A stretch of DNA of 61,669 nucleotides, the filler included, from Nemertoderma westbladi (Eukaryota; Animalia; Xenacoelomorpha): the NCBI GenBank assembly GCA_032718475.1. It is 4 parts of 4 records of this genome, joined end to end, with 100 filler letters (N's around TTAATTAATTAA, not from the genome) between each part and the next. Parts side by side here need not be neighbours in the genome. Positions count along the whole stretch, not along the records: positions 24,117 to 46,226 come from JAUCBJ010005623.1; positions 46,327 to 55,839 come from JAUCBJ010003649.1; 2 more parts are not named here. One strand, given 5' to 3'. The notes beneath the pieces are model-generated. The model saw only the letters and a program-made list of their open reading frames with translations, made no database searches and had not been told where the DNA came from. The translations under genes were made by a program, and so were the position numbers. Numbering within the stretch: the first letter of the stretch is position 1; the number at the start of each line of letters is the position of its first letter. Positions 38,785 to 51,873 of the stretch are shown here, piece after piece.

Positions 38785-39290
38785 TAGGGCGGGCGTTCAT
38801 AAAGTATGTCACGCAAATTTTCCCGATTTTTGACCACCCCCCCCCCCCCCCCACCCCGCTCTGTTTCAAAATGTCACGCAAGCTCGAGCCCCACCTCTCG
38901 CCCCTCTGTCTCATTGGTAAATTTGTAATACCCCCCAAACAATACCCCGTCTCCCAAACAAGAAATATTTTATATCAATAATACACAATGTTTGTTATAC
39001 CAAAATACAATATAAATTCAAGCACTATATATATCTACATTTCCCTTCCCCACTTGACAAGTCAAGTGGCCATCTATAGGTTTCTATGTCCTCCTCAATT
39101 TATCGATTATACTCAATATTATTGAGTGTATTGTTGTCCTTAAAGTTACCCACTCATCTACACATATGTTTTAAGTCAAAGTCAAGCTAACATTAAAGCC
39201 TAGAACATCGCCGTAACCGTCACAAAAGTCGACACCCCCCCCCCCCCCCCCCCCCCTAGTGCGTGACATACTTTATCGAACACCCCCTAG
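38785..39290. mobile_element. Harbinger-like MITE
   Basis: TIRs gggcgttcataaagtatgtcacgca / tgcgtgacatactttatcgaacacccccta. Confidence 0.75.
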
Positions 39291-39304
39291 TTACGTTTTT
39301 ACAT

Positions 39305-39660
39305 CATGTTCTAGAACATGGTTTATTTATTAAATATAAAAATAGCCTTGCGCCGTGAAAAAACATTCAACATTCGAAAGCCCATATCTCAGCAACTGTA
39401 TTTTCTAAATTTAAGTTTTTTACATATTTGGAATCGTTGCATGGTCAGCTTTCCATCAGAACCAACAAATTAATATAAGGTTGAATAACTGAGATGGGAC
39501 TGGTGATGTTATCGCCGCCGGTGACAATTTTTTCAAACGCTTGTTGCTAAAGAATAAAAAGCAAAAATACAAATTCTGTCTCAGTTACTACGGATGAGGG
39601 AGGTGAAACTACTGTAACTCTGTTCCATGTCATGCTATTCATTAACATTTGTATAAAAGT
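39305..39660. repeat. Dispersed ~350-bp repeat (second copy ~57236-57600)
   Basis: Shared aagcccatatctcagc, tacatatttggaatc, tttcaaacgcttgt..gctaaagaat. Confidence 0.75.
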
Positions 39661-40649
39661 TAGGGAAGGGGGGGGGGGGGGGGGGGTGGGGGGTATCATG
39701 TTTTTGAATTACGACACTAAATTACAACATTAAATTTAAAAGCATTCAATAATTATTTAATTCATTTTCTTAATCAAAGAGACCTTGGTGTACTGGTTGC
39801 ATTGAATTCACATCTCTTGGAGGTCGTGCGTGGGTTCAGTGTTCAGTCTAAGATCTAACAGTGTGCTGCAGTATATGTATTCCAACGAAAAAATACGGTA
39901 CGGGTCAGCAGGTACGGAACTTCCAACTGCGCTGCGATATGTTGTACTGTTAGTTACATGTGTACATGTGCTGATGTGCGACGTGCTGATTGTACAGGCT
40001 GACCGGGGTGCATGATAGCAAGAAAATATCTGAATATTAAAATGTTAAATACTGTATTAAAACTTGTATATTAAAAAAAAGATTAAAAATAATTATTAAT
40101 TAAGAATAAATTTTATACAGTATAGAGCAGTAGAGTAAATAGTTTCTGTATCGTTACACTGTAGTATAAAAGGTATATTTTTTAAAACTTTCAGTTTCGG
40201 ATATAGTACACGTATTAATACTGAAAAAATATGTGCTTTGTTTGTCCCCAGGATTTCCCTGACTGCCTGAAAGACATACTGTATTCAGATAATGTAGTCT
40301 CGTTTTTACAGGTGTCTGACATTCTGACAGTAACATAGGGCAGTATGGACATCGCCTTTACCTCTAGCTCTGCCATACACTCAGACCTGCAGACTCTGGA
40401 TACATGGATTTCCGCACCTTTAAGGACAGATACAGCATCACACAGTAATTAATGGATTTATTTCATAAAACAATATGAATGGCACTGGACATAATATAGA
40501 TCAATTTTCTTTGCTTCAGATTATATATTATTATATAATAGACAATTCTAAAGAACTGATAACTTTGTACTAATTTACTGCTAAATATGGTCCCCAGATA
40601 AAAAAATATTCCGATTATTTGTAGGCATAACTACAGTATATTTCACAAG

Positions 40650-42705
40650 ATTCAAGATTAAAAAAAGAAATTACATACGAACAGCACTAGATAATGCAAA
40701 ATGTGACACAAAGAAATTGTGGAAGGCACTGCAACTAGTTGGGCCGCCAACAAAAATGGGGAAAAAAAAGGGATCACAGGGACCTACAGCACTGGAAATG
40801 AATGGAGAGATTTGCCATAACCCCATTGACATTAGTAACCATCTAAATGACTTCTTCACGAGTGTAGCAGGTGAATTATTAGCTAAACTACCTCAACCAT
40901 CAGGACGGTATGATCATGTAGCAACAACTGATTATTATCGGCGACAAGGGATTATCCCTAACAGACTGGACCTATCTCCCACAAATGAAGCTGAGATCGC
41001 TAAAATAATATCTGACCTTGATGAAACCAAGGCCACCGGCTCGGATGGTATACCAGTCAAAGTTATCAAAGATGGATTATCAGCAATAGTGGGGCCATTA
41101 ACTGATATTGTGAATGAATCAATTGAAACATCCACCTTCCCAGAAATCTACAAACTCGCTAAAGTGGCAGCTGCCTTCAAGAAAGGGCGTAATCTAGAAC
41201 GTGGAAACTATAGACCTTTATCTCTTCTCCCGATACTATCAAAGGTTGTAGAGCGTGCGGTCTATAATCAGGTTAAGATGTACTCAATTGAATCTGGCAT
41301 CCTTAACAAATATCAATCAGCCTTCCGCGATGGGTATTCAACAGAGACAGCGCTGCTATTGGTTGACAACTACATACGAGTAGCGATGGAACAGGGTAAA
41401 ATGACAGGAATGATATTAATTGACTTTAAAAAAGCATTTGATACGGTGAATCATGACATTCTAGTTCAAAAGCTACAAGCTATAGGTGCAACTAAGAAGA
41501 CACAGGAATGGTTCAGATCATATTTGACCAACAGGAGACAATATGTTGTAGTAAATGGTTCTAAGTCTGAGGTAAAACCAATCGACAATGGTGTACCGCA
41601 AGGTTCGATTCTAGGTGTCTGGTTGTACCTAGTTAATAGTAATGATTTTGACCAGGTCCTAGAGCAGGTATCGCAAGTACAAATGATAACTGATGGAAAA
41701 GAAGATATACTGCCACCAAAGTTCGCTGATGATGTTGGCCTGCTTAAGTGTGATCAAAATCTTGAGGTAATTCAAAAATCCCTGCAAAATACTATGGATA
41801 GAGTAATCGAGTGGTGCATACAGAACCGTCTAACTATCAATCTTGACAAAACTGAAAGTATCTTGCTTGGTACAACACAACGACTACCTGATTCCACGCT
41901 GCAGATAACGTGTATGGGAACTGATATTAAACCGAAGAAATGCGTAACTTATCTTGGTTCAATGATTAATTCGACACTATCGGGTGTTGAAATGGCTACA
42001 AAAACCCTGAAGAAAGGTAACGCACGTCTGAAATACCTACACCGAAATGGGGCTTTATTATCCAGGGAACTCCGGAGAATGCTATGTAACTGTCTTATAC
42101 AGCCGCACCTAGATTACGCGTCATCAACATGGTTTATCTCTGCCCCAAAAAAACTCTGTGACCAATTAGAAGCGCTGCAGCGAAAGTGCATTCGTTACTG
42201 CCTAGGAATGGGTCCACGATCCCACATCAACTCCTCCCACTTCATTGCCATAAACTGGCTGCCAATACGGCTGCGAGTGCAGTCAGTAATTCTGTCGCAC
42301 ATGTACCGTATTTCCCACGGTACGTCACCTCCATATCTATGCGAACTGGTAGAGTTTCACGAAGGTCGACCTGGGATGCGTAGACCCTCAAACCGCGCAC
42401 TTCTACCTCATAAACGCACGGTACATGGACAAATGGCGCTAAGCTATGAAGGGCCTAGACTGTGGAATAAACTGCCGGAGTCTGTAACCACTGCTGAATC
42501 CATTGTTTCCTTTAAGCACAAACTGAAAGAGCATTATTTGACGCAGCTAGAGAGCTCTGACCAATCAGCATTTCAATATTTTTAACTTTTTAACTTACGT
42601 ACAGTACTTGAATGGACCTCCATGGAAACGAGGCACTGGCCTCATGGAGCTATCCAATACGCCTTTATTTATTTTAATTATTAATTACTCAATAATAATA
42701 ATAAA
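40650..42705 (+). mobile_element. 5'-truncated L2/CR1-group (Crack-like) LINE with uninterrupted RT-containing ORF2 portion (40717-42585)
   Basis: NYRPLSLLPILSKVVE, QSAFRDGYSTETAL, IDFKKAFDTVNH, GVPQGSILG, FADD, YLGS, LWNKLP; 3' stem-loop ctccatggaaacgagg...cctcatggag then (taa)n; no endonuclease domain. Confidence 0.93.
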
Positions 42706-43864
42706 CTTACGTCTAACATGAATAGACACAAGATAGTCAGATTATTGTTTTCAATTTTTATTTGTTTACTAGTATTTGTAAATACTTATTTTTTTCTTTT
42801 TTTTTTAGTTGACTTAAATTAATAACTTTTATGACTCTGAAGATTTTAGTAATATATATGCCGAATGTGACAGTAGCCGAATAATATCTGTATAAACTTG
42901 CCAAATTTAATATGTAGGGAAATCCCCTATTTTCTGTTCTCGGTGCAATAATTTTAATGATTTCTTAAGTAAGTTTTAATATGTATTTTGCAGTCCTTGG
43001 TGCCATTAAGAGCTCTGAGCAATCAGCACCTCAATATTTTAATATTTTAACTTTTTAACTTACTTATTTTTAACTACTAATTACTGAATACTGAAATAAA
43101 CGTACGTTAAAATATGATTAGACACAAGTCAGATTATCGCTTCAAATTTTATTTGTTTAATAGTATTTGAAATATTTTTATTCTTTACTTGACTTAAATT
43201 AATAACTGTTATGATTTTAAAGATTTTATGACCGAATAATATCAGTATAAACTTAACAAATCTAATATGTATTTTTATGCTCTTGGTGCAATAATTTTTA
43301 CAATTTTAAAGACATGGATATGGATATTACTGTCTGTCCAATTATGTAAAGTATTACCGGTAATATGTATTCTGTTATTACGTAATTTGTATCTATACAG
43401 TACTCTATATTTATGGCGTAAAAACAATCAATCAATCAATCAATCAATCAATATAATTATTATTTTACTCTCAGAATTTGCCGGATAAAACATAACATAC
43501 AGTAACTATGCATAACTAAACAAAACTAAGCTAAATGATCCAACTTTCGAAGAGTCTACAAATTTATCCTTCGTTTAGAAGGTTAATTTATCCTTAGAAT
43601 ATAAGGTAATTTATCCTTCGAATAGTCTGATAGTAGCATAAATTATCATTCTAAACGCAGGATAAAAACTATAAATTCATCCACCCTTCGAAAAGTCTAC
43701 AAATTTAGCCTTCATTTAGAAGGATAATTTATCCTTCGAATAGCTGCATAAATTATCCTTCTAAACGAAGGATAAAAATTATCAATTCATCCACCCTTCG
43801 AAAAGTCTACAAATTTATCCTTCGTTTAGAAGGATAATTTATCCGGCGAATAGTAGGCATATTT

Positions 43865-44741
43865 ACAGTCCCTATCTCATTCTGAATATTATTTCTCAAA
43901 CTGGGTATCATTTCTCAAACCTTTTACTAATGATAGTCAACGGAGAATTTCAGTAGGTAAGACTGGGGTAAGAGTTGAGAAATCAGAAAGATGCAGCCAG
44001 CTCAATCTAACTCAAACTAGAGTCTGGCGCCATGGTTTGAGTTAGGTTGACTTCCAACTGTGCCATACTCAGCATTACTGTTCCTGTACGGGATGGATAA
44101 TTACTCTGGTTGAATGAGGCACCACATGGGGAAGGGGCCTCTGTCTGTTGCTTGGGCTCTTGAGTTAATGGGTTGAATTACATAAGCTGGGCAGGCCGGC
44201 TTGCGTGTGTCTCATAAAAGACATGTCAATCACGCAGTTCCTTTGTGGGCTTTACTAAATGTATGTTGTTAACTAAACCACACTGGCTCGGTCTGTTTGT
44301 AGAGAAAGTTTTAATTCTGGGAATATTGTTGTGGGAAATTGGTGCTCTGTTGTCTGTCTGTTTGATGTCAATTGGTGCCTTACAAGACATATCAGTTTAA
44401 CAATCGAATGGTTAATTAAGAATTATTAGTACATATGGGACCTCGCAACACCCCCCCCCCCCCCCCACCCTCCCATAAATATGGCCCTGTCTATAACAGA
44501 GGTTACCTCTGGCCCCTTTGCCCGGTATTCCCACACCCTTATGTATTGCGAATAATTGTGTTGACGATGTAATAGACTCTGGTCCTTTCAATGCACATAC
44601 ATTTCATCTAAATTTAAATTTAATACGCATATATTTTATCTCATTCCATATGACATCCAGCCTGTGGGGCGAGCCACGAAGTTGGCGGAGCCTTAGCGAA
44701 TTGACACTGTTAGGGGGTGGGTCAATTTATGCAAATAGTTG

Positions 44742-44773
<32 letters not shown>

Positions 44774-46226
44774 GTCGTTACGATTTTGACATGCTAATAA
44801 CTTTGTCGGATTTAAAGCTGCCAAGTTGAAAATTTGTAGGTATCAATATGAGCAAAAGTTGAGATTTTTGAGAGACTTTCAGACACCATCAGTGCAATGG
44901 TCTCCCGCTAGAGGGCCACATGTCTAAACATTAAATGCCCTCCCATTTCTTTGCTTTTAATCCGTTTAAGCTGAAACTTGGCAGATATGTATTAGACCAT
45001 TAGCTGTGACTTTCAAAGGAGGCGAATCCATCTGCAGTTCTCCAGTCTGCCGCTAGAGGGCCAACGTGACTATTTGCATAAATTGACCTACCCCCTAACA
45101 GTGTCAATTCGCTAAGGCTCTGCCAACTTCGTGCTGCGCGAAGTCCCCACTTCGTGTCTCATAATTATTAGCAATGCTCCTTTAATGGAATATTTATAAT
45201 CTAATATATTTTTAAGACCAACATTAAAATACAGTAATAATTTTAATTCCGTGTATTTTAATGTACTTTATTTATTGACACACATTTTAAAATACGTATG
45301 TTTTTTTTTATGGGGGAAACCCCATCATCATAATACTTAAGTTAATTTGTCAGCATATGTTATCTTTGTTTTAAGTTACATTATGGTGTAAATTTATATT
45401 AATAAATAATAATAATAATAATATTACATTAGTTATTATTTATAAATATAATGTAGAACTTCGATCTTGACGACTTTCAAACAGGTGGAGCAGTTCCTAC
45501 TGACAACTCTTGTAACGAACGTAACAACTACAAAGCAAATATATTGAATAACTTATTATTAATACTGTAGCTTAAGGGAATAAAGTGAATCTTTGGGCCA
45601 AAACGTCCGACATGCAAATCTTGTATTTCATTCATTGGGCCGAAACGTCCTAGGCCAAAACGTCTCAGACCGAAATGTCTGTTACCCTAGTAAAACATTA
45701 GTAAAACATTAAAGTTAAACATTAGAAACATTAGCGAAATATACGCGACATTAAAATAAATTTATAAAATTGGTTGGTTATATTATATGGTTATATTTTA
45801 ATGTAAAATAACGTTAATATGTTATGAGTCATACATACTTAATAAATGTAATAATAAATTAATAAATCTTCAGTTTAATAATGTAGCATATATTTTTTTT
45901 TATTCTGAAATTTAAAAATAAATTGAGCCACTGAGTCTGCAACTTAATTCTCACTGTCTACTGGAGTTAATTACACACAAACAAATCAAGTTTAGGGAAT
46001 GTTATAACAGCAGGAGACCATCAAACCCGTAGGCAGAGTATAACAGAAGCGAGTGGGCCATTAAATACAGACAGCTTGTTGTATGAATGCTACACAGTGC
46101 ACAGTGGGTGGTTACGCGAGTTTGAGTTGGGTTTGAGTAAATCAGACAGGTTTGAGTTAGTAAGAGTGTGGTAAGAGAAAAGGTACCCAGTTTGAGAAAC
46201 GGTATCTAGAATGCGATAGGGACTGT
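43865..46226. mobile_element. TIR element (~2.4 kb including nested inserts) ending at the gap
   Basis: acagtccctatctcattctg...tttctcaaactgggta vs tacccagtttgagaaa...agaatgcgatagggactgt. Confidence 0.75.
44663..45150. mobile_element. HINE/DINE-1-like non-autonomous element with ~75-bp inverted arms and a (GTC)n microsatellite
   Basis: Arms gagccttagcgaattgacactgttagggggt.ggtcaatttatgcaaatagt and reverse complement; (gtc)n at 44741-44778; same gtggggcgagccacgaag end as the 25.7-27.3 kb units. Confidence 0.75.
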
Positions 46227-46326
46227 NNNNNNNNNNNNNNNNNNNNNNNNNNNNNNNNNNNNNNNNNNNNTTAATTAATTAANNNNNNNNNNNNNNNNNN
46301 NNNNNNNNNNNNNNNNNNNNNNNNNN
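46227..46326. other. Assembly gap
   Basis: N run with TTAATTAATTAA spacer. Confidence 0.98.
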
Positions 46327-47897
46327 ATTTGTGGGAAGGGGGAAGTTACAGTGTGCATTCGGGGGAAGTTTGGTGAACTGCATTTATGCAGTGAATCCAA
46401 ACTTCCCCCTTTGATATATCATATACTTAAGACATGCTAGAGTGACGGGGAAATATTTGTTACTGTCACACTTTGCTTCCATTTATCCTATCCTTTATTA
46501 TTACCCCAGTCAGATAAGAGATAATAAATCAGTAAAAACCAAACTAAACTGTCTTTCATGCAAACAAATTTCTAACTAAAGACGGGTGAATGACCATGAC
46601 CATGGAAATAATTTTAAATATAATTGTATATCAACTATTTGGGGAGGCTTCCAAGTTAAACCCGAAAACAATTATTTTGTTACATATATAGTAAATAACG
46701 TTGTATGTTCTTCTTCCTCTCATAATAAAATATAAATGAAATATCTCAGATCGCTATGCCCTGTAACATTTCACAACCAAAATATTTAAGTGTGAAAAGT
46801 GTAGGCCTACCACACTTATCCCATACAACCGCAAACGCATAGCCAACAAATTTAACAAAAGGTTACATACATGTTGGGTTCATGACGAGATGAGTGAAAA
46901 TTGATCGCGTAATATAAAGTAAAAAATTGAGAGTCGGGCCTGGCTCTCCTCCACTTTCTTACCCAATGGATATGTTGTTGTAATAATCTAATATTGGGGT
47001 GGCTTTCTCTCGTTATCCCCCATGGTAAAATAACTATTAGTTCTATGAGTAACATGGCAACCATTAACATCAGGCCGCAGTTTCCAGAAACTCTTCTGTA
47101 GGTACAGTACCGGTATCAGCAAAATTAGTGGTAGTTTCAGTTTGCATACCAGTATACCGGTATTGTCAGACGAGCAGACAGTAGGCACCAACCTTTTTCG
47201 TTGTATAAAAATTTACAAAAGTTATGTTCGCTTTAATAGGTTTGCATACCATCAGTTTTGCTCACTAATATGCTACTACAGTAGCTACTACAGTAAAGGC
47301 CGGTTTTGGCAACTTTTAGAGCAACCCAGGTTGCCGTTATTGCTCCGTGTAAACACGAAGTTGCTGTAAAAAAAGTTGCCGTAAAAGTTGTTTAAATTTG
47401 ACGGCAACATAAGAAACAATTTGAGTGGACGGATTAAAGCGGAATAATGAAATTAAATTATTAGATGAAATCTGTTTTTTTGGAAGAATTCCATGGTTGT
47501 TTATTGTTCACCCCCACTTTAATTTGATTCTTATATCTATGCCATGTCTGACTGAGCTATGCCTTTATTGTTGTTTTATATTCACTTATTATTATGGAAT
47601 ATCTCAATTTTTGAATAAAATAACCCGCTATACCGCCACACCCTTTCCTTATGCCTTACTTAAGTTAGGTTTGGATTATATAAATTTATATATTAATTAT
47701 TATTCGAAGATCGCTGTTAAACCAGTAGAATTGCTTTACAATTAGTTATCTTCCACGGATAAATAACTAATGTAAATGTTTATGATTGTACCCCCAAAAT
47801 TTCCATGTCCCATTTTTATTCTTAGTCCCCCAAACAAAACCCTTTTAGAAATGTTGGGTTGGCAGAACCTATCCCGTGTGGAGATCGGGTGACAACA

Positions 47898-48037
47898 TAT
47901 TTATCACCCAGTTATTTAGTTATTTTACGAGTTATTTATCCTCGGGGAGTTAACGAAACCCTCGGCTTCGCCTCGTGTTTGTTAATTGCCCTCGGATAAA
48001 TAACTCGTAAAATAACTAAATAACTGGGTGATAAATA
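47898..48037. repeat. 140-bp palindromic MITE (hairpin)
   Basis: tatttatcacccagttatttagttattttacgagttatttatcc and its exact reverse complement flank ctcggcttcgcctcg. Confidence 0.88.
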
Positions 48038-48323
48038 ATGATGTAGGTAGTCGAAGAGGTTTGATGCTATGCGGGGAAGTTTAGGAAGTGGGAGTAAGAT
48101 TATGAAGGTAGAAGGAAGTGGTTGAGGATGGGAAGGAAGTATAGTCTAGTCAAATTGTTATGTTTTGATCAAATTCGATATTTTAATAAACTAACACAGT
48201 AATAGTTACTGTAAATTGACTAAAAAATTAAAACATTACCTTACAAAATTAAAAATTTAAATGCACAGTATTTTCTGAGTAAAATAAATTTATAATTGTA
48301 TTTTGTGACAGTCAGGTATTTGA

Positions 48324-49236
48324 TCATTCTTCAGTAGAAGTGGATATGAAGCCACTATCATCTGGTGCATCCGGTATGGAACCCATCGCGTTCCACACAG
48401 CCAGTCGACTGAGCAAGGACTCGAAAGTGGGTCTGTCGGCGGGAGAGAAGGCGGTGCATTCTAGTATCAACGAGTACATGGCTAGGGGGCAGTCAGGGGG
48501 GCGAGGCAATATGACCCCTTCCCGTATCGCGTTAATCAATGATTCACCCCTCAACGCAGGGAATGGACGTGCCCCGTAAGAGTACATCTCCCAGACGGTC
48601 ACCCCAAAGCTGTACATATCAGACGCCGGGGAAAAGCGCCGGAACCTCAGGGCTTCCGGCGAAGTCCACGCGATGGGGAGGTGAGTTTTCGTCTCCATCC
48701 GGTAGTAGTCGCAGTTGTAGACGTCGCGACTCAACCCGAAGTCCGCCAACTTCGCGGTAACGAGTCCGATGGGCTTCCCTTCCGCGTCGAGTCTCCGACA
48801 ACCCAGAAGGACATTGCGCGCCGCCACATCGCGATGGACCAGATGGTTGGCGGCTAGGTGCTGCAATGCTTCGGCCATGTCCACCGCGAACCCCACGAAC
48901 TGGGCGGTGCGTCGAATCCTCTGGTCTCGCATTCCCTTAAGGTATCCCAACAACTCGCCTACATTCATGTATTCGGTTATCATCGCGAGTGCAGTTCCAT
49001 TCAGTTCATCCCGACACACCGCTAAGGTTCTCACAATCTTGCTGTGCTCCATTGCTACCGAGTTGGCAATCTCTTTCTCGAAGTCCTCCGACAGTTTCGA
49101 GTTGTCGCCATCCCTCCTGTCTTTCAGTACTTTGATCGCGATTTTCATCGCAAGGTGCGTTGACTCGGGGTCTAGACCAATGACTTCTCCTAAGTGGACC
49201 TCGCCGAACTCTCCGCTACCCAGCAGTCGCAGGAAC
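48324..49236 (-). CDS. ROR/MuSK-like receptor tyrosine kinase, exon 2 (whole kinase domain and short tail)
   Basis: Acceptor ttttttatgttccag at 49237; GSGEFG, IAIK, VHRDVAARNVLL, ADFGLSRDVYNCDYY, LPIAWTSPE, SDMYSFGV; phase matches exon 1. Confidence 0.93.
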
Positions 49237-50408
49237 CTGGAACATAAAAAAAATATATTCTGAATCAGTCAGCAAAGAAACAATCCGTATTATTAAGAAG
49301 TTATACTATGAAATTATTCGAAAGTCAAAATAAGACTCAACCTCGGACACAGTGCAGAATTAAGTTATTATATTAGAATTAGTTTTTCTTGGCCCCATTT
49401 TATGCTTAACAACATATCATCAATCCAATTAATTATATTATTATTCAAACTCGTTAAGCCAAAAACCTTACCAATAGGTATGGAAGGATAAGGTCCAAAT
49501 TATTAGAAAAACAGAATAAAGCAAGACCTAGAGACGTGGTTAGTAGGTTTCGCCCTACACCAGAAGGCATTCTCAAGAGGCCAAGCCGCCAGCCAGGGTA
49601 TGTCAAAAAATCCGAAAGGGAGAATGAACGGGTAGTGAAACACGGATAGAGACGTATGTATGGGTCTGGTTGTTTCTGATTGGATTGCGTGTCCTAGATA
49701 CTGATGAGTCCAGATACTGGACTCCGTGACACTGGGATAGAGAGTGAATAGAAAGTGAAACAGATTGTCTGATGGGTTTTATTTCGAGTGTCGGTATGTA
49801 CTCTGGCGCATTGCAAACTTCATGTAAACAAGTGTAAAATGCAAACAAGTAAAAGAACACAAATTCTTTGGAAAATCCAAAAGTTTCTGAATTGATTATA
49901 TTAAAAAAAACAGTGATATTCCCGAATTATATTATATAAACCTAGTGATAAAAAGTTTTTCTTTCAATTGAATTAGAGCAAGTGAGATAAAGTCTTTATC
50001 CGTGTAGTTCAATGTTTAAGTAGTAACTAGTGAAATAAAGTAAGTCTAGTGAGAGAAAGTATTACTTTCTTTCAGTGTTATATACAACATTAAGACTAAG
50101 AGGGAGGAAGTTAATTTTTAGATAAAGATAATATTTCATATGATAATAATCGTTTAAAAAATAAGGTCAATTTAAGGTGACCCTAAACGGTCATTGTAAA
50201 ATGTATTTTTTTCTTGAGCGCTCACGATAAGTAAATATCTTGAGTGCCCAAGATAATAATATTATGGGCGTTGAGGATATAGTTATCTTAAATTCTCAAG
50301 GTAGTTTAATTAAAAGCGCTCAAGATTGTATACTTGATCACAATTTCACAATCACAATGTCCCTTTAGGGGCTCTGTACATACATTTATAATGATTAGTT
50401 TGAGATAC

Positions 50409-51466
50409 CTGATGGAATGCCAGTCAACTTCTATCAAACCCGCAGACATTTCACGAGATGTCTTTGGTCGACGATAGAACACGCTCTGCACTCGCTCGAT
50501 ACGGGCATTGCGCTTACGATAAATATATACCAGAATGCAGACTAAGGCTAAAGTAACAGCAAACCCTGCAATGCCTCCAAATATAGAGTAGATGAAAGTA
50601 TAATTAGTTTGGATGGGGATAGGTGTTCCCAAATTTTGGCTTGTTATAGTTACTGCTGCTTGTATTGGCGTAGGGAAAGTAGGTATGTTTATGCATTCCG
50701 GGTGGTCTTCGGATTCCAATTCCTCGTAATCATTGTTTTTGTTACCATAGTAGCCACTGTCTTTGCCATAGTATTCATTAACACATGCAGACCACAAAGA
50801 CCACTCCCAGTACTCGTACTTACAGTGGATATCGCGAATCCTCCGACATGACTCCTTGCATAGCGGCCGAGGGGTCTCGAGTTGGGTGCATGGTCGGTAC
50901 ACGTCCATGCAGTACACGAATCGCGCATATGGTAGGCACTCAGGCACAATGTTGGGCGCCATATCGGTGTGCCACAGTCGCAATGCTTCCGCAATGCGAT
51001 CTGCGCTTTGGAGTTGCAACTCATGGAACGAGCTATGTAGGTGCAACGGTGTGTACTGAAGAACATCGGTGCACAGTGGGTCAACCGTGGCATTCACATC
51101 ACAGTGCGACCAATACTGGGTGGAAGCAGAAACTGTCTCATTGCCAATAGTGACATGACATGTATAGGTCCCTGTTACCCAGGACGTGTGTAACCTGACT
51201 TGCAGAGCATACTTGATGATCAGTTTCGATCGAGTTTCCTTGTTGACCACTTTCATACGCTCTCCATTGTTGATTGGTTCTCCATAGCGTTGTGTCCAGT
51301 GGAATTCTGCCGTTTCATTCACTTTGAGTTTTTCTCGTAAGGAACATTTTATTCGCACCGAATATTGGTTTTTACGTATTGGATCAGATATATCGATGGT
51401 AAATAGATGGACGCTTGGAGTTGAGAGCAAATTGCTCAAATATAACAAATAGAGTAGAGGCAACAT
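50409..51466 (-). CDS. ROR/MuSK-like receptor tyrosine kinase, exon 1 (signal peptide, Ig, Frizzled CRD, TM, juxtamembrane)
   Basis: Hydrophobic N-terminus; Ig C...FHW...GTYTC; CRD with PLCKESC...HC; TM IFGGIAGFAVTLALVCILVYIY then RKR; donor ag|gtatct at 50408; spliced CDS 1971 nt = 656 aa reading HSIRFLRLLGSGEFG. Confidence 0.9.
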
Positions 51467-51873
51467 CAGCTATGATTTACATATATTTTATATGAACAAC
51501 GTAACGTAACACTAAAAATAGAATGTACTGAAATATATAATTATTCAGTCATAATCTCATAAGTAAACAAGCTTGCCCGCGAGAGCTGGCAATAACAATG
51601 AACAGATCAATTGCTATCAATATTGTTGTTGTAATAAATTACGGTACACGCACAGGGCAGCCTAATGAAGAAAAACGCAAAACAAAGTACACAATATAGT
51701 AAATATAGTGTATGTGTATGTTAAAAAAAATACTGCTTGCAGGAAATGAATCTTTTCCTAGAATTCTTAACGAAATAAAGTGAAATTTTGCAGAAAGCAT
51801 GTCCAATAGATGCTCCCTATGGGGTGTCAACAGAATTTTGATTGAGTTAATTCTACGATACCATCGGTCATTC

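Larger units (their letters stand above)
37769..43858. mobile_element. Large TIR element with subterminal tandem repeats at both ends, carrying nested MITEs and a LINE
   Basis: cctactaatttcgccggataaa / tttatccggcgaatagtagg; ttcgaaggat-rich arrays at 37820-38120 and inverted at 43540-43850. Confidence 0.65.

Noticed and set aside
49701-49730. CTGATGA followed by a hairpin, as a plus-strand hammerhead ribozyme
   Set aside because: No GAAA follows stem II, so the catalytic core is incomplete.
50306-50408. ORF tail YLKLIIINVC... as the receptor's true C-terminus
   Set aside because: Read-through into the intron; a phase-compatible splice joins exon 1 to the kinase exon.
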